DNA of 64,000 nucleotides, taken from assembly GCA_965153455.1 (NCBI GenBank), contig OZ234493.1:2232001-2296000 (forward strand). The letters run 5' to 3'. Each line of letters opens with the position of its first letter. Position 1 is the stretch's first letter. Under the pieces are notes generated by a model, which was not told where the DNA came from, made no database searches, and saw nothing but the letters and a program-made list of their open reading frames with translations. Below, one piece after another: positions 48,494 to 61,800 of this stretch. This DNA comes from Sphagnum compactum (lineage: Eukaryota). Both the position numbers and the translations under genes were made by a program.

Positions 48494-50354
48494 TCATTTT
48501 GAATTGTCCATGCATTCCTCAACATGAAAGATCTAGAGAAAAATGTTGTGTTCTTGCAAACTTTATCCTAAACAGAAAATAAATAGGCATTAACTATAAC
48601 TAACGCAATGAACATTCTTCATGTTTATGCAATAAGTACTGTATCATTTTTGAAGTTGAATTAGATATATTTTCATATTGTTCTTGTATCAAATTTGATT
48701 TCTTGTATTGTATTTTCACAATAACCCAATTCATTCACTTGTAATTATTGACAATTTATAAGAATCTCTCACTAAACATGGGGTCAATCTTCATTATACA
48801 AGGAGTCAAAGAAAGTTGTTAAAGCACAACAATTTTTTTTAATAGTAGATATGTTTATGTTTTGACATGAATCTATAGTTTTGGTAATCATTTCAAGTTG
48901 GGCTAAATGATTCATCTGAATGTTAAGATTTTTTAAAGAATCATTTATTCAACTTAAGGTTTTGATTTAAATTAAGGACATTTGAAATTGATTAATTGTT
49001 ATGTTAGATAATGTCCATGTTGTGGAAGGTCCCTTGATTTTCTTGATACAAATTTGTTGATTGAAAAAAAGGTGATAAAAATTTATAATTAATGCAATAA
49101 CAAAATTAATTATTTAAAAATGTGTCATTTGAATTGTTCATTAATACATTTGAATTTTCATTTGTAATAATTTTAGCATACCTTTATCACATGCAAGTAT
49201 GGTACAATGTAAATGATGTACACAATAATGCTGTGGTAATGAACATATTTTGGTTAAAATTTTGATCAATTTTCATGAAAAACAACGAGATTTGCACATT
49301 TTCAAAAATAAATAATTTCAACATAGTTGTATTTAATGAAATATTGCTCACCAATGATCAACATATTTAACAATTTTTGTAAAAAAATCATTCAAAATTT
49401 CCATTATATGAAAAATTGATTTTCAGACAAAAACAATTTTCAATATCTTTCTTACATAGTGCCTTTGGCTCCTATGAAATCATTTTGATGCCATATTTTC
49501 CATCAAATTTATGATGTCTTTAAGGTGATGATCATCCAAAGTTGAATTAACCAAATAGGGCTATTAATAAAACAAGAAAGGAAAGTAAGAACATCCTTAT
49601 TTTTTGGGCTATAAACTTGAACCATGTACAAAAATTTGGTAATTTGTAAAGATATTTTTCGAGTTAAAAAAATGGTGACTCATTTTCAAGAAATCATTGA
49701 ATCTATGACCCAATATGTTTTTCAATATTTAATAAAAAATATTGTCACACAATTTTCTTTTGATTTTTGTGTTGATACTAGTTGAAAATATGGATACGTA
49801 CAATCAATGTCCAATGGAAGGCAATAGAAATGAAAAAAATTGGAAAAAAAACGAATATCAAAACAACCATGTGCATACCATAGGTAATAATGTAGCCTAG
49901 TTTCCACATGGATTAAACAAAAATTTATAAAAATTTATGAATTTAAAACTACTATTATTTCATAATCTATTGTGATATTTTTTCTTAGGAGGAATGAAAT
50001 TATTTTGATTGTTGCTTATGATAATTAAGATGGTTTTCAACACCTCATCTTCATGTTTTCACAAAAAAAAATCATTTCATTAACTTAAAAGATCATTTAA
50101 TGAAGGAACTAACCCTAAGGTTAAAAAATATCTTATAAAATAGACACATGTTGGTGGGATAAGTTCATTTTTTTTCAAATTTTCATTTCAACAAAAGAAA
50201 TATTCTCGAAAACTCAATACAATCCTTCACAATTTATTATTATTTGATCTTTTAAAAATCAACATTTCTATGAAAATAATATAAATTAGTGTCAAGGTTG
50301 CCAAGGTACTAAGGTAATCAAAAATAATAAAATAAACAAATTTAATTTAATTAA

Positions 50355-50359
<5 letters not shown>

Positions 50360-50409
<50 letters not shown>
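50360..50409. repeat. (TA)n microsatellite
   Basis: About 25 TA units read directly; a 21-nt poly-G run follows at 50546-50566. Confidence 0.97.
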
Positions 50410-50411
<2 letters not shown>

Positions 50412-51153
50412 GCATTCCTCCTTTATCATGTGATGGGATATTCAATAAGCATTAAATAGATAACAATAAATGCTTATGCATTATCAACATGCCTCCCCTC
50501 TTGAGTCTTTTATTGACTTGCAAAAGTGTTCCAAAACTTTTAATTGGGGGGGGGGGGGGGGGGGGGAGACGTGAATGACAATCCTCATATTTGTCATCCT
50601 TTGGATGACAAACAACAGGTATTGTAATTAGTAGTTAGTTTTGTGTATACCTATTGGTACGTAGTTGTCATTGGATGAATGTAGTACTAGTTTTCCATAC
50701 CCATTTGGCTCTATTGTTGAATGAAAAAAATGAATGATTATCATGGCCCCACAAAATACACTTAGTTTTTTACTATTACATTTCCAGTTGTAGGATTTTA
50801 AGGATTTAGTAATTGAGGGTCAGTTCTGAAAGGTAAAAAAAAATTATATAAATTTTTTTAAAAAAAACTGCAAATACAAATGAAAATCAGATTATTTCAA
50901 TTCATTTATTTTGAAATAAATTTTATATCATTTAATTTTGAAATCAGATATAAAATTGAATTGTATACCTAGCAAAAAGGGAAATGTGCTTAGTTAGGGT
51001 TTAAGACTTAAGACTTAAGGGAAATGTGGTTAGTTAGGGTTAAGAACTTAGGGTTAATTAATGTCTTCAATCTCCAATCAATTTTGCTCAAGTGCCTACT
51101 TGAGTTTTTGACAAGTTAAAAGAGTAAATAAGGGGGCTTGTCTAGGCTACAAA

Positions 51154-51268
51154 GGGGGTGGGTTGGGGGAGAGGGAGGGGTGGGGGGAATGAATGAATAA
51201 TCAAAAGCCATGGCAAGTGCTACCCCTGACAAAATTTATTAATTAGGGGGGGAGTGGGGGGGGGTGGA
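51154..51268 (+). promoter_or_regulatory. G-tract cluster (potential G-quadruplex) upstream of the IQD leader
   Basis: gggggtgggttgggggagagggaggggtgggggg (51154-51187) fits the G3+N1-7 x4 pattern; a second G tract lies at 51246-51268. Confidence 0.5.
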
Positions 51269-51459
51269 TATCAAGGTCAATTTTTTGGCAAGTAGGGTAT
51301 GTAATAAAGAGATACCGTCCAAAACAAATAAAATGGTGCATATGAACAAAAATTGTCTTTATGAAAACAAACAAACATGCAAGTAAAGCCATGGGGTCCA
51401 TGGTGGTTGGGAGTGAGTTAAATTTAGACCCAAGTTAGTTGATCAAGTTAGTGTGGTGG

Positions 51460-51800
51460 GTGGGGGGTCCTCTTTGTCCGTTCAGTGGCAGGAGTGCGCT
51501 TGTGTCGTGTTGCGGTTTCTTCGCGCACTGACTGTCGTCTTTTGTGTTGATTCCTTCTGAACCTCGCGAGAGCCTTGGCTCGCTGCCCTGCTGCCTGCCA
51601 TGGCTGCTGCCTGGCTGCTGCTTCTGCAACAGTAACAACAACAACAACAACAGTAGTAGAGGCTAGTGATGATCGACAACCGGAAGTCTTGTATTGCAAG
51701 GAAGGAAGGAAGTAAGAAACAAGGTTCAAACAAACAAGGAAGAACAAGAACAAGAACAACAAGAACTAGGAGTCGATGGGAATGAAATCATCAACTCCCG
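51460..51800 (+). other. Probable first (leader) exon of the IQD gene
   Basis: CpG-rich with (CAA)n and GA-rich tracts, ending at donor cccg|GTGAGA (51801). Acceptor tgcag| at 54029, just before the conserved ATG. Confidence 0.55.
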
Positions 51801-54034
51801 GTGAGATCTCTTTTACTCTTTACAACAACACTAGAGCGGCGCCGGGAGGAGAGCCGGGAGTAGTGAGTCATTACATTTCTGTTGTCGTTGCTGGATCATC
51901 GAGAGTCCTCTGCTGCCGCTTTGTTTTCCACTGCCAATAACAACAGTACTGAAGGAACAAAACAATCTGTTGCCGTCCGGAAGGAACAAGCTCGTTGCTG
52001 CTACAAAAGCATTATTTCTATAACTAATACGATCGCCGCCATCGCTCTTTGTAAGTGACTATATTTGTGTATCGAAATTTTATTCTTCCTATTTTCCCCC
52101 CGAAACTGCAATGCGATCTCTGTGCATGGCGATGTATTGTTTGTCCGTTTCCATGTCTAACGTAAAAGGAGCTTGCCTCTCCAGTTATGGGGTGTCGTCC
52201 GATTGATTGATAGATATAGAGCGCGACGTTTCTTGATGCTGAGTAGATGACAAGAATCTCTGTTCTCGAGCTTTTCTTTTTTTCTTTGCAACATGAGGCT
52301 TTTTTTTCTTTTTTTTTCCCACACTTCCTTTGTATTTTGCTTCTCTTTTTCTGACTCTTTTTCCAGTATATATCTGTCGGCATCTCACAGATTGGGAGTG
52401 CACATTGTTCATCAAGTACTGTTGTTACACAGTATTGCCAGCCCTGTTTGTCGCAGCAGCTTGGAAGATCACATCCATAAGGTTGTTGTCTTACGATTGT
52501 GTCATTTCCAAAGCAGACTCTTGCTTTGAATGTGCAATACTTTGAATGCTGGCCTCCCTTTCAGAAGCTGTTCTAAAAGGTCATACCAGCCATTACCAAG
52601 AAGCCAGTTGATGGAGTAACATCATCCAGTTCAGTACCTGATTGGTCTTCCAACACCATTACAAAGGTACATTGCTTCCCTCTTACTTAACCTGCAGACA
52701 GGATGTCTTCTTCCTAGTATATTGTTGCTTGGACTAGCCTGAGAATCTCTGCAGCTTATTACTATCACTGCTGTTTGGTTTCTGGAATCTTCTCAGCATA
52801 GTTTTTCCTGACTGCTCTAGCTACAATGGAGGTTGTGTGGTGAGATGACAATGTGCAGTCCCTTGTTATCAATCTCTTTACATACGACTGCCAGTTTGGC
52901 TCCAAAGGTTTTTGCTAAGTCATGTGCCCTTGCTTGTTGTTGGCCTCTTGATTTCATTTCCAGTAAATGTAAGCATGATCAGTCCTGGCTGATCTTGCAC
53001 AAACTTGAGGGTAGTAATCAAATCCTTGAGAGCTACATTTCCATTATCTGTTTTATGTCAAGATTTCAACTTGTTCTCTAGATCTATACCTCATCATGCG
53101 TAATGTCTACCAGCAATGATAAGATTCAATCCAGAACCACACAACTGAGAGCTTTTGTGAACCCAACTCTGAAAAGCCTGAGGTATCAACAATGCATTGC
53201 ACAAAGATCAAATAAAATGTGAAAACTTGCTTTTGCCTTGAACTGATAGAACAGCCTCTAAGAACTGTGGGTTTTAAAAATAAAATTAAAAATGAAATTA
53301 AACTAAATTATATTTTTTGGGTTACTCAGATACATCAGGAATGCAGGAACCTGTTTTCTTTTCATGTTTCCCTCACTTGCTCTGTACAAAGGGAGGATAC
53401 AACTCCAGCTGGTATAACCAGTATCAGAGGTCAAACCCAAAGCATTGTCTTGGTGAAGCCACTATCTGAAGTACATGCTTTTAGTATGAACAGAGCAATC
53501 AAAACTTTATGAAAAATGTTGTAACTATCTTTGCAATTGTTCCAAACTTGAGGTGATGAGCTTTCACAACTTGGTCATTAGGAATTGAAGACCAGAGGCA
53601 AAACCATATTCTTGCAGTAACTATACATGACCGACCACTTTGGCCTGTGAAACAAGCAAGAGTGTTAGCTGAAGTCACTGGTCCACTTCTGGACTCAGTG
53701 GGAAGGATTACTTGGAATGATGAGAATAGGGCAATCCTGTGGATCTAGTCTGGGTAGTCTTCTCTTTTTGAACAATTGTACTTTAAGAAAGGTTAACTTG
53801 GTGCCACATTTTGTGCAGGAATTCCTGATACAGCATCAGGAAGATGTCACACATGGTTTATCTTGGTTTTACAGGATCTCTTGTGTGACTTGCTCAAGGA
53901 TATGCATAATATAAGGTGCAGATTTTATGGAAGAAGACAAAGCACAGAGCAGGTCTTGGAAGCAGTAGCATCAGAAATGAGTTGACCTGGAATTGCATAT
54001 TGAAACTGTTCTATTGTTCAATGGTGCAGGAGAA

Positions 54035-56788
54035 ATGGGCAAGGAAGGGAATTGGTTTAGTGCTGTGAAGAGAGCATTTCACTCTCCATCAAAGGACAAG
54101 GACACTGAGAAATCTGAGCCCAAGGATCCAGACTTGCTTGTGGACATTTATCGTGTAGCTGCTGTAAGTTCCCTCAGCTCTACATTCAAATATCTTTAGG
54201 AAGCAATTTGGCATTCCATCTGACATGAAAGAGATCAAATGTGATTTCAGTTTGAAGATCAGGTGCAGCACAGTCTTTCTGATGATGTGGTCACTGGAGG
54301 TCCTTGAAAAGCAGTGGGATCCTTGAAAATAACCAGTTGAAGGTATCATACAAAATAGCTGTCTTAATTGGGTGGTGTTAGTGGTCATTACTCTGTAGAT
54401 TATGTCGGGAAGAGCCTTAGGATGAAGACCTAAACTGGGATATTTGTCATAGTTGACTCTGTGTGATGCTTGTGTGGAACAGGAAAAACCAAGGAACAAA
54501 ACTCGAAGATGGGGCTTTGGCAAGTCTGCTCACACAGATCAGAAAGACATTCGTGCAGACAAGAAAAAAGTGGAGAATCTCAACATTGGTGACGCCACAG
54601 CCTGGCCTAGTCACAAGGCAAATGCACTACACCAGTCTACTCAGCAGTATGCAGTATCCACTTACATTAGTCCAGAGGACTGGGCAGCCATTAGAATCCA
54701 AACTGCATTTCGAGGTTATCTGGTATTGACTCTTAACCTCCTCATTGAACTTTTCCTCCTGGTTCAAGGTTTTTGAAGAATTGTAGAACAGTCAATCTTG
54801 TATGAAACTCCAAAGTTTGCTTCACAGCAACCCCTGCTAGGTGAAAGCTATGCTTAGAGGTTCTAAGTGCTGAGCACTGCAATGTGGAAAGTATCTCTGC
54901 CTGCTTCATCATGTAGTATCTGCCAATAAGGCCTACATGCTTTATTACATGATCATAAGAGCCACAACTCTTTAATGGAGTAGCTTTTTATGTGAAGTCT
55001 TTGTTGCACCTATTTGCATTACTATCTACTGCAGGCACGGCGAGCATTACGAGCCCTCAGAGGTCTAGTGAGGCTACAAGCATTGGTACGGGGTCACAGA
55101 GTGCGACGGCAAGCAGCCATCACACTGCGGTGCATGCAAGCCCTAGTTCGGGTCCAGGCTCGTGTCCGAGCCCGCCGTGTGCGTATGTCAGAGGAAGGAC
55201 AAGCTGTTCAACGGCACATATGGCAGCGTCGCCAGCAGATTCATCCAAGAAAATCTGTGGTACATTATATCACCTTGATCAGAGTTGTTGACTGTAATTG
55301 TGACTGATCATATCCTCACCTGAAACCAGCAAGGTTTCAAGTGTTTTGGAATCAAGTAATGTTTTTGCTAGATCGATAAAATGCTTGTTCAATATAACCT
55401 GAAAGACACCAAGACTTGGATAGTCAATTGTTGGCCTGAAAGTTGGCCTTCTTTGCATCAACTTTTTGCTATTCACAGGATGGCTGGCAGGATGGTCGGT
55501 GGAATGACAGCCAAGCTAGTGTGCAACAGCTTGAGGCCAAAATGCAGAACAAGCAGGAGGCAGCAATGAAGAGGGAGAGAGCTTTAGCATATGCCTCCTC
55601 TCATCAGGTTGATGTTTGTGCATGGTGCAACTGCATTAGCAGCATAGTGGTCAGATATGTTGGTGTCCATCACTTTGAAGTGCCTACTTGTCAGAGCCCT
55701 GTCTCAATGGTGAATAAGACTTACCAAGTGGTACAAGAAATCACTAAAGCTCTTGTTGGAAAATATACTGTGGGTTATTAGCTCTTACTGTTGAGTGTTC
55801 TTCACGCTTGCAGCAGCTTTGGAGAGCAACCCCCCAGGAGCCATCACAGCTGTACATTGACTGTGAGCCTGATAAACCTCACTGGGGCTGGAGCTGGCTG
55901 GAGCGGTGGATGGCAGTAAGGCCATGGGAGAATCGTGTCTTTGACACCAATTCTGCTTCCAAGGATGTATTTGATGGCTGCTCTGTCAAGAATGCAGATG
56001 GAAACTTTGTAGCTCATGTGGGAGAGAGTGAATGTGGGCCCAAACGAAAAAACTCACTTGCCAAGCAAAAGAAACTTGTGCCCCATTCTGGGTCAATTCG
56101 CAGTGAAAGCTGGACACCAAACCAGGGATTGCACATTGTGCCTCATTCGAGTTCTATTTTGTCAAATGAGAATAGCCACAGCCATGGCCACCAGAGCTCT
56201 GTTGCTTTGCATTGTACAACCAGCCAAGGCACTTTGCAGGCCTTTGTGGCTTCAAGTTTGAAATCAGTCCGACCTGTTAGCCCATGCAGTAGGGTGCGAA
56301 GGGACGATCCTGAAGAAGATGGGAGTGCCATCTCAACAACTGCCAGATCTACTCCTAGTATGACAATTGGTAATCCTCGATTTGGAACCCATTACAGCAC
56401 AGGGGGATCAATCCGTGATGATGAGAGCCTTGCAAGCTCTCCTGCTGTTCCTAACTATATGCAGGCGACACAGTCTGCAAGAAATAAAGTACGATCTCAC
56501 AGCCTCCCAAAGCAACGCCCAGGACTGTCAGAGAAAGATGGCTGGTCAACTGCAAAGAAGCGCCTGTCATTCCCCATTTCTGAGGATCTGATCAGCAGTT
56601 CTGGTCCTTTGATGCGCCCATTCAAGCCCACAGCTTATCCTCAGCATGGTGCGAGCATCAAAGGTGCCCCAGGATTCATTAGGTCAGATCAGTCTTTAGT
56701 TCCTTCCCTTAGTGGCAATGACAGCAATCTTGGTGATGAGACTATGTCATCAAATGGACACTCTATGTCGAGGCCCTACAGATTTTAA
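54035..56788 (+). CDS. IQD: IQ67-domain calmodulin-binding, microtubule-associated protein (IQD/SUN family); 5 coding exons
   Basis: [76 protein letters not shown], with the family's hallmark phase-0 intron inside IQ67; [54 protein letters not shown]. Exons ~54035-54163, 54483-54722, 55035-55259, 55479-55607, 55814/55817-56788. Confidence 0.95.
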
Positions 56789-59700
56789 ACTGCCAGTTTC
56801 TAACTATGCCATTTGCACCAACAATTTATGATGCCCTGAGGATCTTTCCTTGTCGAAAGTTCATATTTCATGTCTACTACATCCCAGTGGTTACTATTGA
56901 CTCTCATGTTGGGCAGTAGTATCTATTTGTTGAAGGATGTTCTCACTGCTGGTGGCATTGGGTTGCAGTCCAAACATTTCCCTGTCCATTCACTAATGGA
57001 TGGAGGGCTGCAAGCTGCAAACAGCACTGGTATGTTGAAAGTGCAACCTTCAACTTCTCGACTCTCAAACAAAGCTCTAGCCAATGCTCTTTCTAATGAC
57101 CTGTACTTCAGTTTTCAGTTGAGCTTAAAACCACCCTTGCCCATTCTATCTGCGAACTCGGAAGTGAAGTATCTGTCAGAAGATCCTGAAGGATTGTGAG
57201 GGCATTATCCTGTAGCAGTCTGAACCTAGGAAATGTGTTTAGAACTCCAATTCTAACAGACTTTCATGCTTAGTTTGAGCAATGTATTGAAATATGCACA
57301 TGCATATATATATATGTAATTAAAACAGAATTCTAGCTTCTTGCGGAGTTCATATTGAGGCTATGAAATCTCATGAGGCTATTTCCTGCCATGGGAATGT
57401 TGCTAATATCTTGGTCTCTAGTTAGGCTGATTAGTTGGGTTAGTGATGTAGTATGTTAACTACAAGTTTTATTTAAAAGCTGTACATGAAGCTATCTGTA
57501 TTTCTGTTTGCAAACATATTCTCTTTTAAAGCCATGTTTGTTATTGAATAAGAGTGAAGTTGCTCTAGTTCTTCTGCAGTTGGTGTTAGAGTCTTTGGAT
57601 TTTGAGTGATTTTTTCTGTTCATGCAATAGTTTTGTGTAGATATCTTCACTGTTGTTTTGCTTGATTCTGAGATTATCAAGAAATCATTTCCCCTTAGTT
57701 AGCTAGACACAGCTGCCTCTGTCAACTTATGATGTTTTCGGTCACACTGTATGGATTATATTTCATGTCAGCAGAATTGATTGAGATATACATCGGTGGC
57801 ATTAGCTACTGACTGTTCAAGTCGGTCAAAAGAAAATCTTCATGGTGAAGAGAGCAAAGTACTTTGCTGCAGGTGAGCTTTTCTGTGCAAATGAAGTGGG
57901 GACTGTTGGAGTTTTTAGCTTCTCTGACCAATCCATAGATACCAACTAAAGCAGTTGGACATCCCAGCTTATAGGGGCTCACTATTTGCTCTCTGTAAGG
58001 TACTGAGCTGGGATATCCAACATTCACTGTTCCATTCTCTTGCAATTTCCAGAGTTTTTGAAAGAACTAATGTTTTGGTGCTGTCAAAGTATCTTCATCT
58101 TGTCTCCTGTCAGGGACAGATTTCAAGCTTGGAGAACTCAGGCCCATTTCACTGTGTTGGGATACCACGTCTGTGACATATGTACGCTGGTGGAGCCACT
58201 GAAGAACTCGGAGGAGCAGCTGCAGTGATAATTTTTTGAGGCCTGTGAAGTGTCTTCCATTTGGTATGTACTTGTATCAGCCTTGTATTCACAGTGTTTA
58301 AAATTGAAAACTGCAGTCCTTGTGCAAAACAATGAGTAACAAATGAAGCACTCATAAGAACCATTTCAAGAACAGCTGTTGTATCATTTGAGTTTTGGAT
58401 GCCTGAAGTTGACATGTAAGAAATCTAATTTTAGACAATATGCTCTTGTGCACCTTGCAATTGCCCAAGTATCTGGTTGAGGTCAGTTACTTTAACTCTC
58501 CAAACAAGTACTAGAACAATCTAGCTGAATTAGTGTGGTGCAGAAAAAAACTCCAAGCTTAGCACTGTGACAAACTAGTATTTCAACCCCAAACTTCCCA
58601 CCAGAATAGCTAAGTGGAAGCATTGCTGAAGTTCCTGCCAAAGAATAGGGTCTGGGATCACCCAGAATGTGAGGACATTGCTTTGCCACAGTATTGTTCT
58701 TGTCGTTGTATTTTTTGATGGAGTTCCAATTGTCAAGAATGTGGTGTAGCATCTGGGAACAGATACATAAGGATAAATATTGGTGATTTCTGAAGTCTGT
58801 CTGCTACAGGAAAGTTATACCAGCCCTTCATTACTTTGGTGGCAAGAAGAACTCTGCAGTGAAGGAATATTTGTGTCTGCCTATAATGTCACATCCATCA
58901 TGCAGCAGAAGCTGACTTGTTGTGTACCATCTTCATTATCGTAAGGTTGGGGTTAGTTAACTTCATCCAATCCCATGTGTTCCATGACGGGCAAGGCTTG
59001 GATATCCTGCGGAGAGGAGAGTTCCTGGATATTAGTGTACACTCAGCACATGAATAAAGGATGGATGGTATGAAGTTTAGATTGAGAAATTGCTTCCTGA
59101 CGTTAGTCAACATTTTGTGATCAACATCTGAGTTCAAGACCAGAAAAACAGATTTGCAAAGAAATGTCTCCTTCATCCTCAAAAACTGCATGTATCTTTT
59201 GAGAGCTTCTCCTGTCTTTTAAGTGCTGAATAGAAGATAGATTATAGAGAGATTTCAGATCCTAACAACATATCAGCAAACAGGATAAAAAGAGGAGATC
59301 CAGCCCTCAAAGATGAAGATAAAACTGAGGAGTGGTTTGAAAGCAAGTCGCACCCACCATTTTCAGAGGCCTTCAACAGAACATGGCGGGAGTCAGGAGT
59401 CCCTAGCAGGGTGGGAGTCAGGAGTCCTGGAACACGGTGGGTTCAAGGGTGTTGGGTGGGAGATGGTGTATGGAAAATTACCAGGTACTATAACATTCCT
59501 CACTGACATCATCAGCTCTTTATAATGGGTGGAGGTTAACTGTATAAGTTAACCAAAGTTGTGTGTTGGAAGAAGGGTAGTAATGGGAAGATGGATGCTA
59601 TGATGTTATGTAGCTCAACACAACATAAAGGAGAAGAGAAACATGAAAACATGAAAATGTGTCTTCAAATGTGAGTTGTTGTTTTAGTCTACTGAAATGC

Positions 59701-60689
59701 CATTCAAGCCCCAAGGTTGTGGATTGCACCTTGTTATTGATTGCACCTTTTGCACACAATGTTTTTCACTTAAGTATTCATGTTTTTCATCATGTTGAAT
59801 CAAGGTATCAAATGCATTACTCGTTGTTTTCTTTTTCAACCCTTCTCTTTCCTTCATTACTAGTGTGTGTGGCATGTGCCATTGAGCACATCTTCTTTAA
59901 CCTCCTAAAAAGTCTGAAACCCAACTTTCAATTTTTAAGTAATTGAAATTTGGAATTTTTATCAAGAATTTCCAATGACAAATATTACTCAAATTTTAGT
60001 GTCTAAAAATTACACCTTAGGTCTAAAAATTGTGAAGTTGCTTATGAAATCTTTACTCATGTAGGGCTTTCTAACAATACGACGAGTGCACCCCCAATTT
60101 TTTGTAATATAGGTTTTTAATATGGAAATAAAATAATTTGTTTCCATTTTGTGATGGTTTATAGACTACGGTTATTATATGCAGAGCTTCTCATGTGGTT
60201 TTTGTTGAAAAATGAACTTATAAATTTAGCACCTAAGTTTGTTATAAAAGTTATTTTTTAACAAAAAAGATACGATTGCATCATAGTGTACCATTGTTCC
60301 ATGGCCATTATAATATGACAAAATATTAAATTTGTTTTATAAAATTGCATTATATATTTTCTTGGTTTGTATGATGTTTTGAATTTTTTAAAAAAAAATT
60401 AAACAAAGAATATGGAATGTTGCTAAATTTGGATTTATTAAAAAAATTGGAAATGTAAGTTTAAAAAAAAATGAGAATTCAAAGATGGAAAAATCTACCC
60501 ATAATTTCACATGTAAAAACACCATTGTACAAACAAAACTTTATATACATACCAGCTCCCTTCAATTGTCAAAATCTGGCGAAGAAGGCTACAAAGTGCT
60601 TCTCCTTTTCTTTGAATGTGTTGTCTTTAGGGGTTCCCAAGAATTGTGGTGAATTTTATTTTCATTTTACATTTTTTTGAGCTTTTACG

Positions 60690-61800
60690 TCCATGCAACC
60701 ATTTCAAAACTTCATCCCACATTCTCCATTGTAGATAATGTTATTAATTGAAATAATAATAAATTGGTATTTTATGCATGGTTAGGATGGTGTGGGGCGA
60801 GGATCAAATGTCCATTTACCTTTGCGCATGGCATGTATTAAAGGTTTGGTGCTTACATTTGATGGAAAAAAATCAAGGACAATGGGGTGCAACATGCAAC
60901 ATTGGACATCCTTCACATCATCATGTACATGCCCGTTGAACCAAATGAAAGCATTAAAGCCTTCATGATTCGTGGGAGAAACAAGGTTATTGAAAGTTTC
61001 ACCCAACATTTGCCTAATGATTCGAGGACTTGGTACTTTTGGGCCTATTATTTACAACTTGGTATGTGAATTATCTTTTAATCCCATATTATTGTTCCAC
61101 CATGTTGTGCATATCCCAAAATATCCATTCCTTGAATTAAGGACATAGAAACACTCATGTTCCAAGCAATCCCATGTGGGTATTATGTATCTTGTTGTAA
61201 ATTTGTGGATGGTGGGGCTTCAACAAGTGCCACATTCAAACTATTACACATAAGTATCAATTGAGTCTTACCATGGGGCATTGAAATGTTGGTTCTTTTT
61301 GGAAACAAAGGGGCATCGAGGTCGGCAGATTGATTGGTTAGTGTGGAGACTCACAACAACAATTGCAAAAGACTACATGCACACTACTGAAATGAAGAAA
61401 CATGAGTTTATTAAAAACAAGGTTATGGAACACATTGTGAACGTGAGCATTGAGTTCATCCGCCCCCATGGAGAAAACACTTGCTCAAATGGGTGACATA
61501 ATGCAAAAAATCATCAATGAAGTCAAAAAAGGTGGGGTTCAACTCATAGACCACACCACATCATTGTTGCGTGTTGTTGCAATAGATATATGAAGTATTC
61601 ACCTTACCAAGGTGAATGAAATCATGCATCCCAACATGGTATTTCATTGTGTTAAAGATGGACTTGGTAATTTAGTGCACCAGTTGAAGGATTGGCATGA
61701 GATGATGTTAGAACATGGAAATATTCGTAAGAAGAAGGTCATGAATAAAAAAAAACACAAAATTGTTTGTATTTTATCCCCCATATTAATTTTTCATTAC
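60690..61800 (+). mobile_element. Decayed Mutator-like (MULE) DDE transposase fragment
   Basis: MVWGEDQMSIYLCAWHVLK (CxWH motif, ~60787-60843), then LWMVG..PH..T*VSIESYHGALK (TNxxxESYH, third catalytic E, ~61203-61286) and GRQIDWLVWRL. It has frameshifts, stops and an apparent intron remnant (GTATGT at ~61062). Confidence 0.75.

Noticed and set aside
56870-57199. 109-aa ORF with a hydrophobic N-terminus after the IQD stop
   Set aside because: It lies in the expected 3'UTR and has no recognisable homology or separate promoter signal.
59534-59554. Helitron 3' hairpin (GGTTAACT-gtata-AGTTAACC)
   Set aside because: No CTRR terminus at the expected distance on either strand.
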